64,000 bases of DNA from Octopus vulgaris (lineage: Eukaryota): the NCBI GenBank assembly GCA_951406725.2, contig OX597817.1, positions 159,340,001 through 159,404,000 of the forward strand. Reading direction: 5' to 3'. The notes beneath the pieces are model-generated. The model was not told the origin of the DNA. It saw only the letters and a program-made list of their open reading frames with translations, and did not search any database. The translations under genes were made by a program, and so were the position numbers. Of the stretch, positions 1 to 13,146 are shown piece after piece; positions within the stretch are counted from its first letter, which is position 1; every line of letters begins with the position of its first letter.

Positions 1-1682
1 CACTTCATTGTTCTTAACAGTGAGAGCAATAGGAAAGTGGTTCGATAGCTTGTTGGATTAAACTACTGTAGATATAGGGTGATCTCTATCATGTTGGAAT
101 TAACAAATGACAAACGAGTACAACACTGCGTTCTGCTCTTGAGAATAAATATGTCATAAGCACCAAGCTTCTCCACGTCTATTTCCTTGCATTCTTTGGT
201 CTCCATCAAGCTATATACAAATGGGAAAACCTCAGCTCGTGGAACTTTCGGAACGGCACGCTTAATCACATGAAGAAAATAACATGTATTAAAATCTTTT
301 TAGATGTGTAGCCCACCTGATGATGAGTCATATCGTATGCAGCCCGCTTCTCGAAAACGGTGCCCCATGCCTGCTGTATAAGAAAGTAAACACTCTGAAT
401 ACGGGTGGGTCTTTAGTTGTACTCTTTAGATCCTAATGGGTTAAATAACTACCCACAGTATTTTTTATCCATCACTTTGCAAGTGAAGGTTGCTGAATTT
501 TTAACCTTTTAATCAGTCTTATTTGTCCAGTCTTATTTAATCAGTCTTATTTGGGCCCTCCACCCGCCCAATCTTATTGATAAACTTCCGTACCCTGATC
601 CCTTAACTTAAAACCTTAAAACTCGTGTCGTAAGTTAGATATGCTTATCAAACCTGCGAACAGTTTAACACATTGTGCCAGTCACCTGATAAACAAAGGA
701 TAATGCTAGACTTCAGTTATACCAGCAAAGGGAGAGGTAACAACCAGTGGACTTGATAGTAGAAATCCTACAGAGATAAGAGATTGTAAACAACATCAAG
801 TCTTCGTAGATTGAAGTCAGTCATTCAAAATGATCTCGAAAGGTTATAAGAAAATATCGTGTTTGTGTGGGGCAGTGTTTCCTATTGAAGCCAATTATAT
901 ATGTTGTTGAATTTGAAACAAAAACTTTCCTTGCAGGCCAAGTACAAGAAGCAAAACTCACTTGGGAGAGCAAGGTGCCACGTTGATTCATACACGGCAT
1001 TATAGCAATAAAACTATAACATGTACTAAATCGTACAGTAAATACAGGGATAATACACAGAATAACATAATTTCATGTGATAATACTTTAATATATAATA
1101 TAATAATGCATCATGAAACACGAGAATTAAACCACTATATTGAAGCACAACATGTTTCTATACACAGTTTCAATGGAGTAAGTTGAGTTCACTTGTGCGA
1201 GGGCTCTGAGGAAGAACTGATTTCGGTCTTGGTTCTCAGTGCTCAGATATATTTATCAGATTTTAGCTGAACCAAATGCCTATTCTTAGGGGTTTTGACC
1301 TGCTCATTTTTCTCTTTACACAACGGGTATAGCAAATCTTTCGTGGATTTATAAGTAGATCGTTAATGATTCAGGAGAGTAAGTGGCAAAATTCCATAAA
1401 ATTATTAGAACTTAGCTTTAATAGTATCTTTAAAATAGAAGGTTCTTGTGTTGAATTATGTATAACAGCTGTGAAATGCGATAATGTGGAAATGCTTCAC
1501 AATGTCATATGGCATAACAGTGGTATTCTGGACGTTGTGTTAGTATATAGTTATGAAATCTCTCAAAAGTTCCAACAAGGCACACGTATGCGCACACAAA
1601 AATCAGCAAACGGGAAATGCAAACAGATATGGGAATCAATTATCATAAAAACTCGTTGATAAAACATAGATTGGATAAGTTT

Positions 1683-1844
1683 GTGGCTGTGTGGTAAGTA
1701 GCTTGCTAACCAACCACATGGTTCTGGGTTCAGTCCCACTGCGTGGCATCTTGGGCAAGTGTCTTCTGCTATAGCCTCGGGACGACCAAAGCCTTGTGAG
1801 TGGATTTGGTAGACGGAAACTGAAAGAAGCCTGTCGTATATATG

Positions 1845-1875
<31 letters not shown>

Positions 1876-2078
1876 TTGTGTGTCTGTGTTTGTCCCCCTA
1901 GCATTGCTTGACAACCGATGCTGGTGTGTTTACGTCCCCGTTACTTAGCGGTTCGGCAAAAGAGACCGATAGAATAAGTACTGGGCTTACAAAAGAATAA
2001 GTCCCGGGGTCGAGTTGCTCGATTAAAGGCGGTGCTCCAGCATGGCCGCAGTCAAATGACTGAAACGAGTAAAAGAGT
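1683..2078 (+). mobile_element. tRNA-derived SINE, family A (internal (TA)n(TG)n, AAAAGAGT tail)
   Basis: A/B-box head (GTGGCTGTGTGGTAAG...GGGTTCAGTCCC) and near-identity to ~10 other copies in the window. Perfect 24-bp TSD ATAAAACATAGATTGGATAAGTTT at 1659-1682 and 2079-2102. Confidence 0.92.
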
Positions 2079-2421
2079 ATAAAACATAGATTGGATAAGT
2101 TTATTATATTACATAAACAATATCAACACTAATGATTCAATAAAAAGAAAAAACCAAACGATCGATCATCACGGTTTATATTGTCGGCTGCAAACAGAGC
2201 TTGTTTTCTCTCCAGTTTGTCTCGTTCAACAGTGATGTAGCTAAGGAATGATACATACGAAATTTTGAGGGTGGGTATTTCATAATTTAGATTAATTTTT
2301 AGTTAAAATGCACTCTTTTGGAAAATATACTTGTATCATATTTTACGCTTGTTTTGTACGGGTAAGTGAAAGATGGTTTAAAACAGCTACTCAACCTGGG
2401 GTTCTAATTCATTTCGGGGAA

Positions 2422-2771
2422 GGATCTTTTCGGTTTGAACGGCAGTTTTTAACATAATTTCTAGGTAACTAAAAAATTTTAAATTCTATAGTTTGTAAGA
2501 TATTTGTTGTTGTTTTCTTCAATTTCTGCAATTTTAACCAATCAATTACGTCCATTGAGGTAAACAACATTCTGTGCCGTATGAATATGTCCCTCGTTTA
2601 AGAAACAGATTGGGTTTATTTACATTTGTGAAGAAAAAAAAGATACTCTTCCCCCACCCCTAACCCTAAAATAGATTGAAATGCAATAGATCGATACTAG
2701 GGTCATAATTATGGGTGATAATTTCATATGACACCGCTAGAAAGAAACTGCCGTTCAAACCGAAAAGATCC
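2422..2771. mobile_element. MITE with GGATCTTTTCGGTTTGAACGGCAGTTT TIRs (Merlin-like)
   Basis: ~27-bp terminal inverted repeats and an 8-bp TSD TCGGGGAA/TCGGGGAG. A second copy lies at 3797-4210. Confidence 0.85.
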
Positions 2772-3069
2772 TCGGGGAGTACTGGAGATATAGGAAACGG
2801 ATTCAAATTAAAACTTTATCTGCCTTTGAATAAAGCTTCAGGCCATTTGAGGAGGGTTGTTGGGCTAACAAAAGGTTTGCAAAACGCTCGTTAAAAAGAA
2901 AGTTGGAAGATGGACGTTAACATAGAGAAGTTTGGCGTTTGATGTCTTGTTTATTCTATAGAAATAAAAGCATTTTCCTTTATTTTGCTGTTTACTATTT
3001 TCACAAAATACATCAGTTTCAATCGAAACAAAAGAATAGATTCGATCATTGCAAAGCATCAGAAATACT

Positions 3070-3445
3070 GGATGGAAGCACTCCGTCGGTTACGACGACG
3101 AGGGTTCCGGTTGATCCGAATCAACGGAACAGCCTGCTCGTGAAATTAACGTGAGCACTCCACAGACACGTGTATCCTTAACGTAGTTCTCGGGGATATT
3201 CAGCGTGACACAGAGAGTGACAAGGCCGGCCCTTTGAAATACAGGTACAACAGAAACAGGAAGTAAGAGTGAGAGAAAGTTGTGGTGAGAGAGTACAGCA
3301 GGGATCACCACCATCACTGCCGGAGCCTCGTGGAGCTTTAAGTGTTTTCGCTCAATAAACACTCACAACGCCCGGTCTGGGAATCGAAACCGCGATCCTA
3401 TGACCGTGAGTCCTCTGCCCTAACCACTGGGCCATTGCGCCTCCA
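3070..3445 (-). mobile_element. tRNA(Arg)-derived SINE, family B
   Basis: tRNA-like head with a TCG anticodon-like loop in the family consensus. 13-bp TSD CATCAGAAATACT at 3057-3069 and 3446-3458. Confidence 0.92.
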
Positions 3446-3796
3446 CATCAGAAATACTAAACACCCGTGAAAAGATGCAAAAAAAAAAAAAAAATCATTG
3501 ATACTGTTTCAGCCAATAGCGATAAGTTTGTTAGTGGAGTCATTGACAAAAAGTTCCATGTTTAAATTACATGAGAATAACGGAACGGGCCACATGTTCT
3601 CGAGAATTCTCCTTTGCATAAAATTTTTGATAGCTCAAATCTTTGTATTGCGTTTTCACGAGGGATCTCATTTATAGAAAGTGAGAGGAAAACAATTTTT
3701 GGACATTGGACACGGGTTGTTACAATTATCGGCAAGCTTTGATCTTGTCATAAAAGAGCACTTAGGTAAATGGAAAAGAAGCCCAGAAGAACATTT

Positions 3797-4210
3797 GGAT
3801 CTTTTCGGTTTGACCGGCAATTTTAAAAAAATAATTTCCATGTAACTAAACACTTTTAAACTTCGTATACTGGTAGAATGTGTTTATAAAACATCTTTTT
3901 CTCTTGGCTTTATTGAGAAAATTCTATAGTTTGTAAGATATTTGCTGGTTTTTTTTCTTCAATTTCTGCAATTTCAACCAATCAATGACGTCCATTGAGG
4001 TAAACAACATTCTGTGCCGTATGAATATGTCCCTCGTTTAAGAAACAGATTGGGTTTATTTACATTTGTGAAGAAAAAAGATACCCTTCCCCCCCGCCCC
4101 TAACCCTAAAACAGATTGAAATGCAATAGATCGATACTAGGGCCATAATTATGGGTGACAATTTCATATGACACCGCTAGAAAAAACTACCGTTCAAACC
4201 GAAAAGATCC
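3797..4210. mobile_element. MITE, same family as 2422-2771
   Basis: GGATCTTTTCGGTTTG...CAAACCGAAAAGATCC TIRs and TSD GAACATTT/CAACATTT. It splits the hAT transposase relic. Confidence 0.85.
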
Positions 4211-5893
4211 CAACATTTATTTCCATTAATTTAATAAAGTCTGAATTTATTCAAACCGATGGCTTTCACTTTCGCCAGAAATTACTGGATGGCATTCATA
4301 AGGCCAAAGATTTTTGCCTTGTGTTCGATTCTACTCTACATCAAGCACACAGGATTATATGGCAGAAACAGTTCGCTTTATTGATATCGATTCTGAGGAT
4401 AAAACGATTTTTTTTTCAAAAGACTTTTCTTGGCTTTATCGTTAAAACAAAAGGCTGTTGTAAAGACGATGGTGGAAATTTGGTGCATCTTGTAAAAGAC
4501 AAATTCCGTTAAAGGACTGTGAATCTTAATACTGCGATAAATCTGTAGTTATGGTTGGTGATAAAAGTTGTGTTCAACAGAGACTTGCTAAAAATAATTA
4601 TTAAGCTGGTTTTTGTAAAGTGCGATAGTCATTCTTTCAATTTTAGTTGTTTAGAGTATGTGCTGCTTACCGTGATGCAGCGATAGTAACTTTTTCGGAT
4701 ATAATTCAGTCGCTTTACTCATTCGTTTCTTGCTCAACTTGACAAAAAAAAAAAAATAATAATAATAAATAAATAAATACCAAACCGAACTGCTATTTAA
4801 AGAAAGAACTGATACAAGTCAGGTGCTAAATCAAAAGTTGGTCTTTAATTTTTTTTCTTAATTTTGTTTGGATTTCGGATTCAATTGTTGTTCAAAAACG
4901 AGTCCAAGATCATATCACTTTTTTTTTCTATTGTTCGTTTTCAAGCTTCAAATTTTTTTTTAAGCAGTTGAGAATCATTAATAAGTTAATTACTCGTAGC
5001 TGGGCTGGAACTATGTAAGAAATATTCAGGGAGAAACACGCTCCCAAAAGAAAAAAAAAAGATCAAACGCATGGTGAAAAAAAGTCAGTGTAGTGTTAAC
5101 TGAGAAAGAACAAACTCATGAAAACAACAGCATTCATAAAGTAAATATCTCAAACAAAAAAGAATTTCCTGAAGTGGGCCTGAAGCAAAGAGGGCATGTC
5201 ATTGATGAGGTCCTGAATGGCGACAAACAGCCTTTTACAAACCTAATTGATTGATTGACCAATTAAACAATTGATTAGTTATGTGGTTAACCAACTGACT
5301 AATAAAAATAGTGAAATAGAACCCGTGCGTGTGTCGTTACTGGTAAAAATGACCCACCCGAGATAGAACCAAAAAGTCTCTAAAAAATGTTCATCAAACT
5401 TGAACAATTTTAGAACAGTGATATAGACGGTTTTAAGTTTTATAAAGAAACCTTGGATTGTAAAATGCTTCTGAAGTTTCCTTAGTATTTGAATTTTCTA
5501 AGATTGTGCAACTCTAGTTTATTTTTCAACCTGGAAGTTTTTTTTTGTTTGTTTTTAAAAAAATTTTTTTTTTATCCGCTATTCAAATTTCAGATAGCTT
5601 TTCAGATAATCTCACTGTTGCAATTTCAATTGCCAGCTGTGAGCAGCGATCTTTCAGCAAATTTGAATTGATTTTATCACATCTGAAGAGTCTCTCGATA
5701 AGCCAAGGAAGACTCATCACTAATGAACATTAATAAACTGAAAAAATAAATTTTGATATTATCGATGCATCAAGCATAAGGAAAAGTAAATTTTTAGAAA
5801 GTAGTCCCAAATTAGTCATAAAAATAGTAAAAATAGTAATTAATTTTGAAGCTTCATTTTAGAATAATTTCATTTCAATAAACGTTAATATAT

Positions 5894-6059
5894 AGGCGCA
5901 GGAGTGGCTGTGTGGTAAGTAGCTTGCTAACCAACCACATGGTTCCGGGTTCAGTCCCACTGCGTGGCATCTTGGGCAAGTGTCTTCTGCTATAGCCCCG
6001 GGCCGACCAATGCCTTGTGAGTGGATTTGGTAGACGAAAACTGAAAGAAGCCTGTCGTA

Positions 6060-6090
<31 letters not shown>

Positions 6091-6304
6091 GTTTGTGTGT
6101 CTGTGTTTGTTCCCCTAGCATTGCTTGACAACCGATGCTGGTGTGTTTACGTCCCCGTTACTTAGCGGTTCGGCAAAAAGAGACTGGGCTTACAAAAAAA
6201 AAGAATGAGTCCCGGGGTCGAGTTGCTAGACTAAAAGGCGGTGCTCCAGCATGGCCGCAGTCAAAATGACTGAAACAAGTAGAAGAATAAAGAAAAGAAA
6301 AGAA
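5894..6304 (+). mobile_element. SINE family A
   Basis: Full head AGGCGCAGGAGTGGCTGTGTGG, body and tail match 1683-2078. Confidence 0.9.
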
Positions 6305-6506
6305 TATTTTCGGATTGTCTTACATATTAATAATTGCTTCATGTATATTTCATGATTTATTAATGTATTATGTATATCTGGTTTTAAGTTGTCACATTTT
6401 TATATAAACCTTTCTCGGAAGTATTTCCGAATAACCAGTTTCGTTATTATTATATTTAGAATTAGTTCAGAATTCAAATGAGCATGATACTTTTTATGGG
6501 CGTTAT

Positions 6507-7168
6507 GTATTTAACCATACGACCAGCAATTTTAAGCGTTGATACAATGGACCGCAGTACTTACTGGTACTTTATTTTACCGATTCTAGTCTTGGACTGA
6601 TATTTTATCGGCCCAGCTAGATTCGTAGCGCTCGGGACTAATTATTAAAGGCTTCAAATGTAGGCATGAGATTAGCAATTTTGAGAGAAGGTCAGTCTTG
6701 TCTTGAGTGATACTTTATTTTATTGACCCTGAAAGAAAAAAAAGCAAAGTCAACCGTAGCGAAATTTGAACTCAGAACGTAAAATTCTACCAATCCACCG
6801 CCCTGGCGAGTTTGTAGGGGATCTGAAGAAATGCTTTGTAGTACACGTCTCGGCTCTTTACGTTTTGAGTTCAAAATTCGCTATGGTCAACTTCGGCTGT
6901 CAGCCTCCTTTCAGGATCGATAAAATAAAGTATCACTCAAGCACTGCGGTCAATGATATCGACTGACACTCTTCCCTCAAACTTGCTAGTCTCATCCCTA
7001 CACTTAACGCCTTTATTAATTAGCCCTGGGCGCTACAAATCCTGCTGGGTCGATAAAGATGAAATACCAGTCCAGAGCTGGGGGTCTGTAAAACAAAGTA
7101 CCAGTTAAGTACTGGGGTCGATTGTATCAACGCTCTTCCCTTAAAATTGCTGGTCACGTTCCTAAATA
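6507..7168. repeat. Long imperfect inverted repeat centred on head-to-head SINE family C heads
   Basis: 6507-6801 is the reverse complement of ~6804-7168, including non-SINE segments (GCCCAGCTAGATTCGTAGCGCTCGGG vs CCCTGGGCGCTACAAATCCTGCTGGG). Confidence 0.75.
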
Positions 7169-8147
7169 GGAAACCTTTATTAATTAACCCTGAGCGTTAT
7201 GAATCCTGCTCACCACTCGATTACTATAATTTATAACCACTGAAACGTGGTGTCAGTTGATGGTATGGGTAGATTTTAACTTCTTGCTTTGACACAAGGC
7301 CACGGATTTACTGAAGGATTTGACCACAGAACGGAACTAAATGTTGCGAAAATTAGTCCGCCGCTCCGTCATTCATATAACTTTCTTCTCCCCAGAAGCA
7401 GAACATATTACAAATATTTTGAGTGCTGTACCCAAGCCCTATCGTTTTCTGTGTAAACTTTTCACAATTTGAAACATTGCTAATTAACATGCTAGAGATA
7501 GCAGCTAAATCTCTCTCGGTCTTCATCTTACTCTTTTTGAGAGATGCAGGACGTATTTTAAAACGAAGTCTTGCTCTGATTATATAAGGTTTGGCCGATC
7601 ATGGCTAACTTAGAGCTGAACAACAACTCTTAACTACATTAAATTTGTCTTTTCAACTTTTATTGCTGTTTGCTGTAGATTTTTCTTATTTTTATTAAAG
7701 CAATTAAATTAAGTATTACATATAATTTATCGTTGTGAAATGCATTCCATTATTTAAAGGGATGAATTTGTATATATTTATTGCACACATTTAGTTTATG
7801 CGAAGATTGTCAGCAACTTCATCGTGGCATATATGGAAGACCTTCTCTAAGTGTGTTCGTGTTTGTAGCTACCTAGCAACTGGTACTTAATGATTGCCTG
7901 ATCCTTTGTTGGCTTCCCATAGTCTCCGTGACAAGTTCATACTTATCCCAGCAACTTGAAAGTATCGCCTGGTATTTATTATGTGTCTCTGTGAATGTGT
8001 GTGTGTGTGTGTGTGTACAGTTCGTATTTCACCTTTTGAATACAAATGCACATGCATTGTCGGCAACACTGGAATATATGTGCGTATGGTATAAACTTAA
8101 ATGCCTTCTTGATTACATAAGTCTGCATGAGGACACAAACATGCATA

Positions 8148-8524
8148 TCTTTGTATATAAAAGTCAAGTTGTGTGTCTCTCCTACGATTTAGATTCCTGA
8201 CTACTCCCACATTTTGCGGTGCAGTTTAACCAAAACCGGGTATCTTATAGTCGTGATTCATATCGAGCCCTTCTGGGTATTAGCGCGCGTCTACGATGAG
8301 TCTACGATTTTAAAAAAAAATTACCATAATTTTTTTCGCTATTATATAAGGGAAGTAACTCTCTAAAAATGTCTACGATGAGTCAACGATTTAAAAAAAA
8401 TTTGGCATAATTTTTTTTTCCATTTTTAATGCATTTTTTTGCTATTTTTTGGCTATAACTCTCTAAAAATGCTTATATAGTTATTTCCCTTACAAACCCG
8501 AGCAACGCCGGACGATACTGCTAG
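8148..8524 (+). mobile_element. Non-autonomous Helitron
   Basis: Inserted between A and T with 5' TC and no TSD. It has a subterminal hairpin (CCCGAGCAACGCCGG), a 3' CTAG and an internal tandem duplication. Confidence 0.75.
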
Positions 8525-9023
8525 TATAATATAATATGAGAAACATTTTTTTAAAGTATGATTAGATTACGTCTGTATTAATTTTATACTTTTTATTTTA
8601 TAAAGATTTTTTTCCTATTTCCTTGTATGTCTTGTTTGAAGTTGAAACTCGTGAATTCTGAGTTCGAAACAGACTGAGGTCCACGATACAATCAAACGGC
8701 AACACAGTCGATTTTAATAAAACGTACTTAGGCCTTTTGTATGTCTTAAACGATTGCTTATATCTATATGTCTGTTTGTCTGTCTATTTGGAGTCAATGA
8801 CTAGGTTGCAGCGATGCGACGAAAATTTTGACTGCTCAAAGAATTTTAAAAAAATGAACTTTAGAGCTTTTGTGTTCCAAATGATTAATATGGTTTTTCA
8901 AGTGTGTAACTATTTCTCTCAGTGTGTGTGTGTGCAAAGAGAGAGAACAATTTTATTGAAAAATCCACGGCGACGATATGCAATTTTATGGTTAATTATT
9001 TTTGTATAGCACTTGACTTTGTG

Positions 9024-9365
9024 AGGCGCAGGTGTGGTAAGAAATTTGCTTCTCAGCCACATGGTTCTTGATTCAATCCCACTGCGTGGCACGCCAACCA
9101 AAGCCTTGTGAGTGGATCTGGTTGAGGGGAAACTGAAAGAAGCTTGTCATATATGTGTGTATGTCTATACGTATGTGTGTGTCTGTTTGTCCCCACCATC
9201 GCTTGACAACTGGTGTTGGTGTGTTTATGATTGCGTAACTTAGCGATTCGGCAATAAGAGACCGATGAATAAGTATTGGGGTCGATTCGTTTGACTAAAA
9301 TTCTTCAAGGCGGTACCCCAGTATGGTCGCAATCTAATGATTTAAACCGGTAAAAGACAAAAGAC
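9024..9365 (+). mobile_element. SINE family A, older diverged copy
   Basis: Colinear similarity to family A with deletions. Confidence 0.8.
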
Positions 9366-9372
9366 TGCTTTC

Positions 9373-9947
9373 AAATTTTGGCACAATGCCAGCAGTTTAG
9401 GAGGAGGGGTAAGTCGATTACATCGACCCCAGTCTTCAACTGGTATTCATTTTATCAACGCCGAAAAGATGAGCGGTAAAGTTGACCTCGGCGGAATTTG
9501 AACCCTGATCGTGAAGACGGACGAAATACCTATTTCTATTTATTTACTACCCACTAGGGGCTAAACACAGAGGGGACAAACAAGGACAGACAAAGGTATT
9601 AAGTCGATTACATCGACCTGTGCGTAACTGGTACTTAATATATCGACCCCAAAAGGATGAAAGCCAAAGTCAACCTTGGCGGAATTTGAACTCAGAACGT
9701 AACGGCAGACGAAATACCTATTTCTTTATTGCCCACAAGGGGCTAAACACAGAGGGAACAAACAAGGACAGACAAAGGTATTAAGTCGATTACATCGACC
9801 TCAGTGCGTAACTGGTACTTAATATATCGACCCCAAAAGGATGAAAGCTAAAGTCGACCTCGGCGGAATTTGAACTCAGAACGTAACGGCAGACGAAATA
9901 CCGCTCACCATTTTGCCCGTCGTATTAATGGGGTCTGCCAGCTAGCC
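9373..9947 (-). mobile_element. SINE family C, trimeric copy
   Basis: Three tandem copies of the GAGTTCAAATTCCGCCGAGGTCGACTTTGCCTTTCATCCTTTCGGGGTCGATA..AAGTACCAG core, which resembles the Meta/Nin-type central SINE domain. Confidence 0.85.
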
Positions 9948-10024
9948 TTAATCGACTAAATACTTCCCTCGGACATCTAGCCTTGTGCCTATAAGCACGC
10001 GTTAAGAAATGCACGCATGTGTAT

Positions 10025-10436
10025 ACTCTTTTTTCTTTTTTTTTTACTTGTTTCAGTCATTTGACTGCGGCCATGCTGGAGCACCGCCTTTAGTCGAGCA
10101 AATCGACCCCGGGACTTATTCTTTGTAAGCCCAGTACTTATTCTATCGGTCTCTTTTGCCGAACCGCTAAGTGACGGGGACGTAAACACACCAGCATCGG
10201 TTGTCAAGCAATGCTAGGGGAACAAACACAGACACACAAACATATTCACACACACTTATATATACATATATACGACAGGCTTCTTTCAGTTTCCGTCTAC
10301 CAAATTCACTCACAAGGCATTGGTCGGCCCGGGTCTATAGCAGAAGACACGTGCCCAAGATGCCACGCGGTGGGACTGAACCCGGAACCATGTGGTTGGT
10401 TAGCAAGCTACTTACCAAACAGCCACTCCTGCGCCT
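10025..10436 (-). mobile_element. SINE family A
   Basis: Reverse complement of 5894-6304, full length. Confidence 0.9.
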
Positions 10437-11439
10437 ATGTATATAAATAAATAAAAACTTGAGCTTTGAGTTACATATCTACAACAAATAATAAACTGCT
10501 TTAGCTGGTGCTGCTCTTAGAACTCTGTAGCACCCCATGAATATAGAACGTCTGAAGGTTTCGAACGTTCCCAACCTTTGTACTTTCCGCTTGTGTGTCC
10601 CCCACCCTACACACACACATAGACACACAGGCTCCGGAATAAGTCTCCACCGTCACACACCTTTGCAACTCGTCCACCGCACCCACCATCATTAGTGACT
10701 GTTGCTATCTGATGCTATCTCGTTGTTCAATAAACAAGTCCGGTGATAGCAACTTCGTACTTCGATCACACACACACACTCTCCACCACTGATGCCATCA
10801 CCAACACTGCTGCTCTGTGATATACACCACTGCCGCCGTCACCACCACCACCACCACCAACAGCAACAACCGTCGCTACACTCACTATCTACCTCTGCTA
10901 TCATCTTCACCATCATACCACCACCACCACCACCACCACCATTTTTACGCTTTCCTCTATCACCCACCACCATCTTTGCACTATCCACCAAGATCACCAT
11001 TACTACCACCACCAGCCATTAACTCCACAACCACTACTACGGGGCTAGGCATTGTTTTTATCAGACAGATTTAATAGTAGTAGTAGTAGATCAGCCTTGA
11101 CTTTTGTCTGTGTCTCTCTGAAGTTTCTTTCTTGTATTGTTTGTACGTATGTGTACGTAAGGGCATACGAATTTCTATGCGTGATACTACAAACACTGTA
11201 TGTGTTTGCGTGTGTGCATACACACTCAGACTCACACATACACGTTCTTTTTTCTTTTTATCTTCGAATGTTTGTAACCAAAACATTTTTACATACAGTT
11301 AAATGTATGTATGTGTGTGTGTATAGCCCGTAGCCTTTACAAGTGTTTTGCAGCAAAACAATTTGAGGATATTATCTGTTTGCCTATCTCTGTCCACACA
11401 CACACACAAATTTGTCTAAAATTCTGCAGAGTATATGGT

Positions 11440-11710
11440 AGTTAAGAGCGTCGGACAAAATGCCTTGGCATATTTAGTTTTGTCCCTTTATATTCTGAGT
11501 TCAAATCCCGGTAAAATCAACTCTGCCTTTTATTCTTCCAGAATCACTAAAAAAAAGTGCAGTAAATTTGCAGAGTTGTTAGAGCGTCAGAAACAATGCT
11601 TTGCGGCAGTTGTTCTCGGCTCTCTGCGCTTTGAGTTCAAATCCTGCTGAAATCAAACTGGGCATTTTAATGCTTTCAGGATCGATAAATGAAATATCAC
11701 AACTGGGCTC
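11440..11710 (+). mobile_element. Two degraded SINE family C copies
   Basis: Repeated TTAGAGCGTC.GA...TGAGTTCAAATCC...GATAAA pattern. Confidence 0.6.
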
Positions 11711-13146
11711 GATTCTTCTTTATCTCTATCCATCTATTTATTCATCTATCTATCTATCAAGAAGAAAAATTTGAAGAAATTGGCCATGTTCAAACTGGAG
11801 AGAGATATCGTTTACCATGTTTAAAATGCTTAAAATACTGACGGCACGGCGGTGACCCTATGACCTCGTCATGAGTTGAGGAGTGATTCGATCTACTGCA
11901 ACCACTTGTCTATGGTTTTGCGCTTTTGCTGCAAATCATTAGACTATAAAGGACCAGCGCCGATAGCCTTTGCTGCAGTCCCATGCTGAAGTTGATAAGC
12001 TTACAACTTCTAAGACTTAGTTAATAGTGTGTGTGTGTGAGAGAGAGAGAGATAATTTTACACGGTTTCAGTATTGGGAATGGATTGGTACAATATTTAA
12101 TACGAGGTTTATAGGGGAAGATATTGCAGATATAGGAGAGATTGAGAAAGGTGCATCATATATGTTCGGACGAGGTGTAGATATGCAGGTGGTGATGTTT
12201 TGCTATTATTGTTATTGTAACTACAGCTCCTGATATTTCAATATCACTGCAGCTGTTGTGATTGTTGCTATTATTGCAGCTGTTGCGACTGCTGCTGCTG
12301 TTGCGACTGTTATTATCGCAGCTGTTGCGATCGTGGCTGTTGTTGCAGCTGTTGCAAACGTCGACGACGTGGTCGTTGTTTGTGACTGTTATTGCAGTTA
12401 TTTGCGACTGTTCGCTGTTATTACTTGTTGCTGTCATGTGACTGCTGCAAGCAATAACAACCTTATTTCTTACAAGTCAGCCTCTGCATTGGTCGTTTCT
12501 GCCCCACCTCCTCCTCCTTCTTCTTCTTACCAGCTTTTGCAGCGAAGTGCACACTCTGCCTTGAGGCTAAAAATTTTCCTCGTGAAACTTGTTTATGACA
12601 CAAATCACTGTAAACGTGCATGCTGCAACTGCTCTTGCAGTAACAGCTGTTACTGATGTTGTTGGGGAGAGGAGTAACCGTTGTTGCAGTTGGCACTGCT
12701 TTGCACCAACCACTATACCCTAAACCCCGCCGCTGCTGCTGATGATTGCATCACTCCATAAACATGTTGAAAGTTAAAAGAAAAAAAAATAATCTAGCTC
12801 GATTTTTTTCTTGCGATATTTTTCTCGGGTATTTTTGCTTTTTTCTTTTTTTTAGGAAAAAAAGCAAGAAAACGCTTTTATTTTATTTGTTTATTTTCTT
12901 AATTTGTTTAGTTGAAGAGCGCTAAAGAGAAATTCGCAAACTCCCAGTTGGAAACAGTTCGTTTCAATTAGGTCGCGCGCGCGTGTGTGTGTGTGTCTGT
13001 GTAAAGAATATATTATTTCATTTACCATTTTATAAATTTGTAGCATTTGTGACTAAGAGGTTCTGTGACTGATTTCACTTTAGAACCGTAAAACATTCGA
13101 TCTGAAGAATAATTCATACACAGAACTAAATTACTTAAGCATAAAT

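Larger units (their letters stand above)
2830..5790 (+). pseudogene. Degraded hAT-superfamily transposase (ZMYM1-like, TTF zinc finger to C-terminal dimerisation domain), interrupted by a SINE and a MITE
   Basis: Motifs appear in the expected order across frameshifts: LVYSIEIKAF..FCCLLFS (~2950-3000), FDLVIKEHL (~3740), IHKAKDFCLVFDST.HQAHR (~4300), DCES*YCDKSVVMVGDKSCVQQR..FVKCDSHS (~4520-4640), DIDG..LDCKMLLK (~5420-5475), LTVAISIASCEQRSFSKFELILSHLKS..SQGRL (~5610-5715). Confidence 0.85.

Noticed and set aside
63-269. 68-aa ORF as a host exon
   Set aside because: No recognisable domain or convincing splice sites; it ends in a stop and may be a TE relic.
1563-1914. Recurrent short ORFs (..EDTCPRCHAVGLNPEPCGW.., ..VIPAVLFHHNF..) at several loci
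   Set aside because: These are translations of SINE A and B copies, not a gene family.
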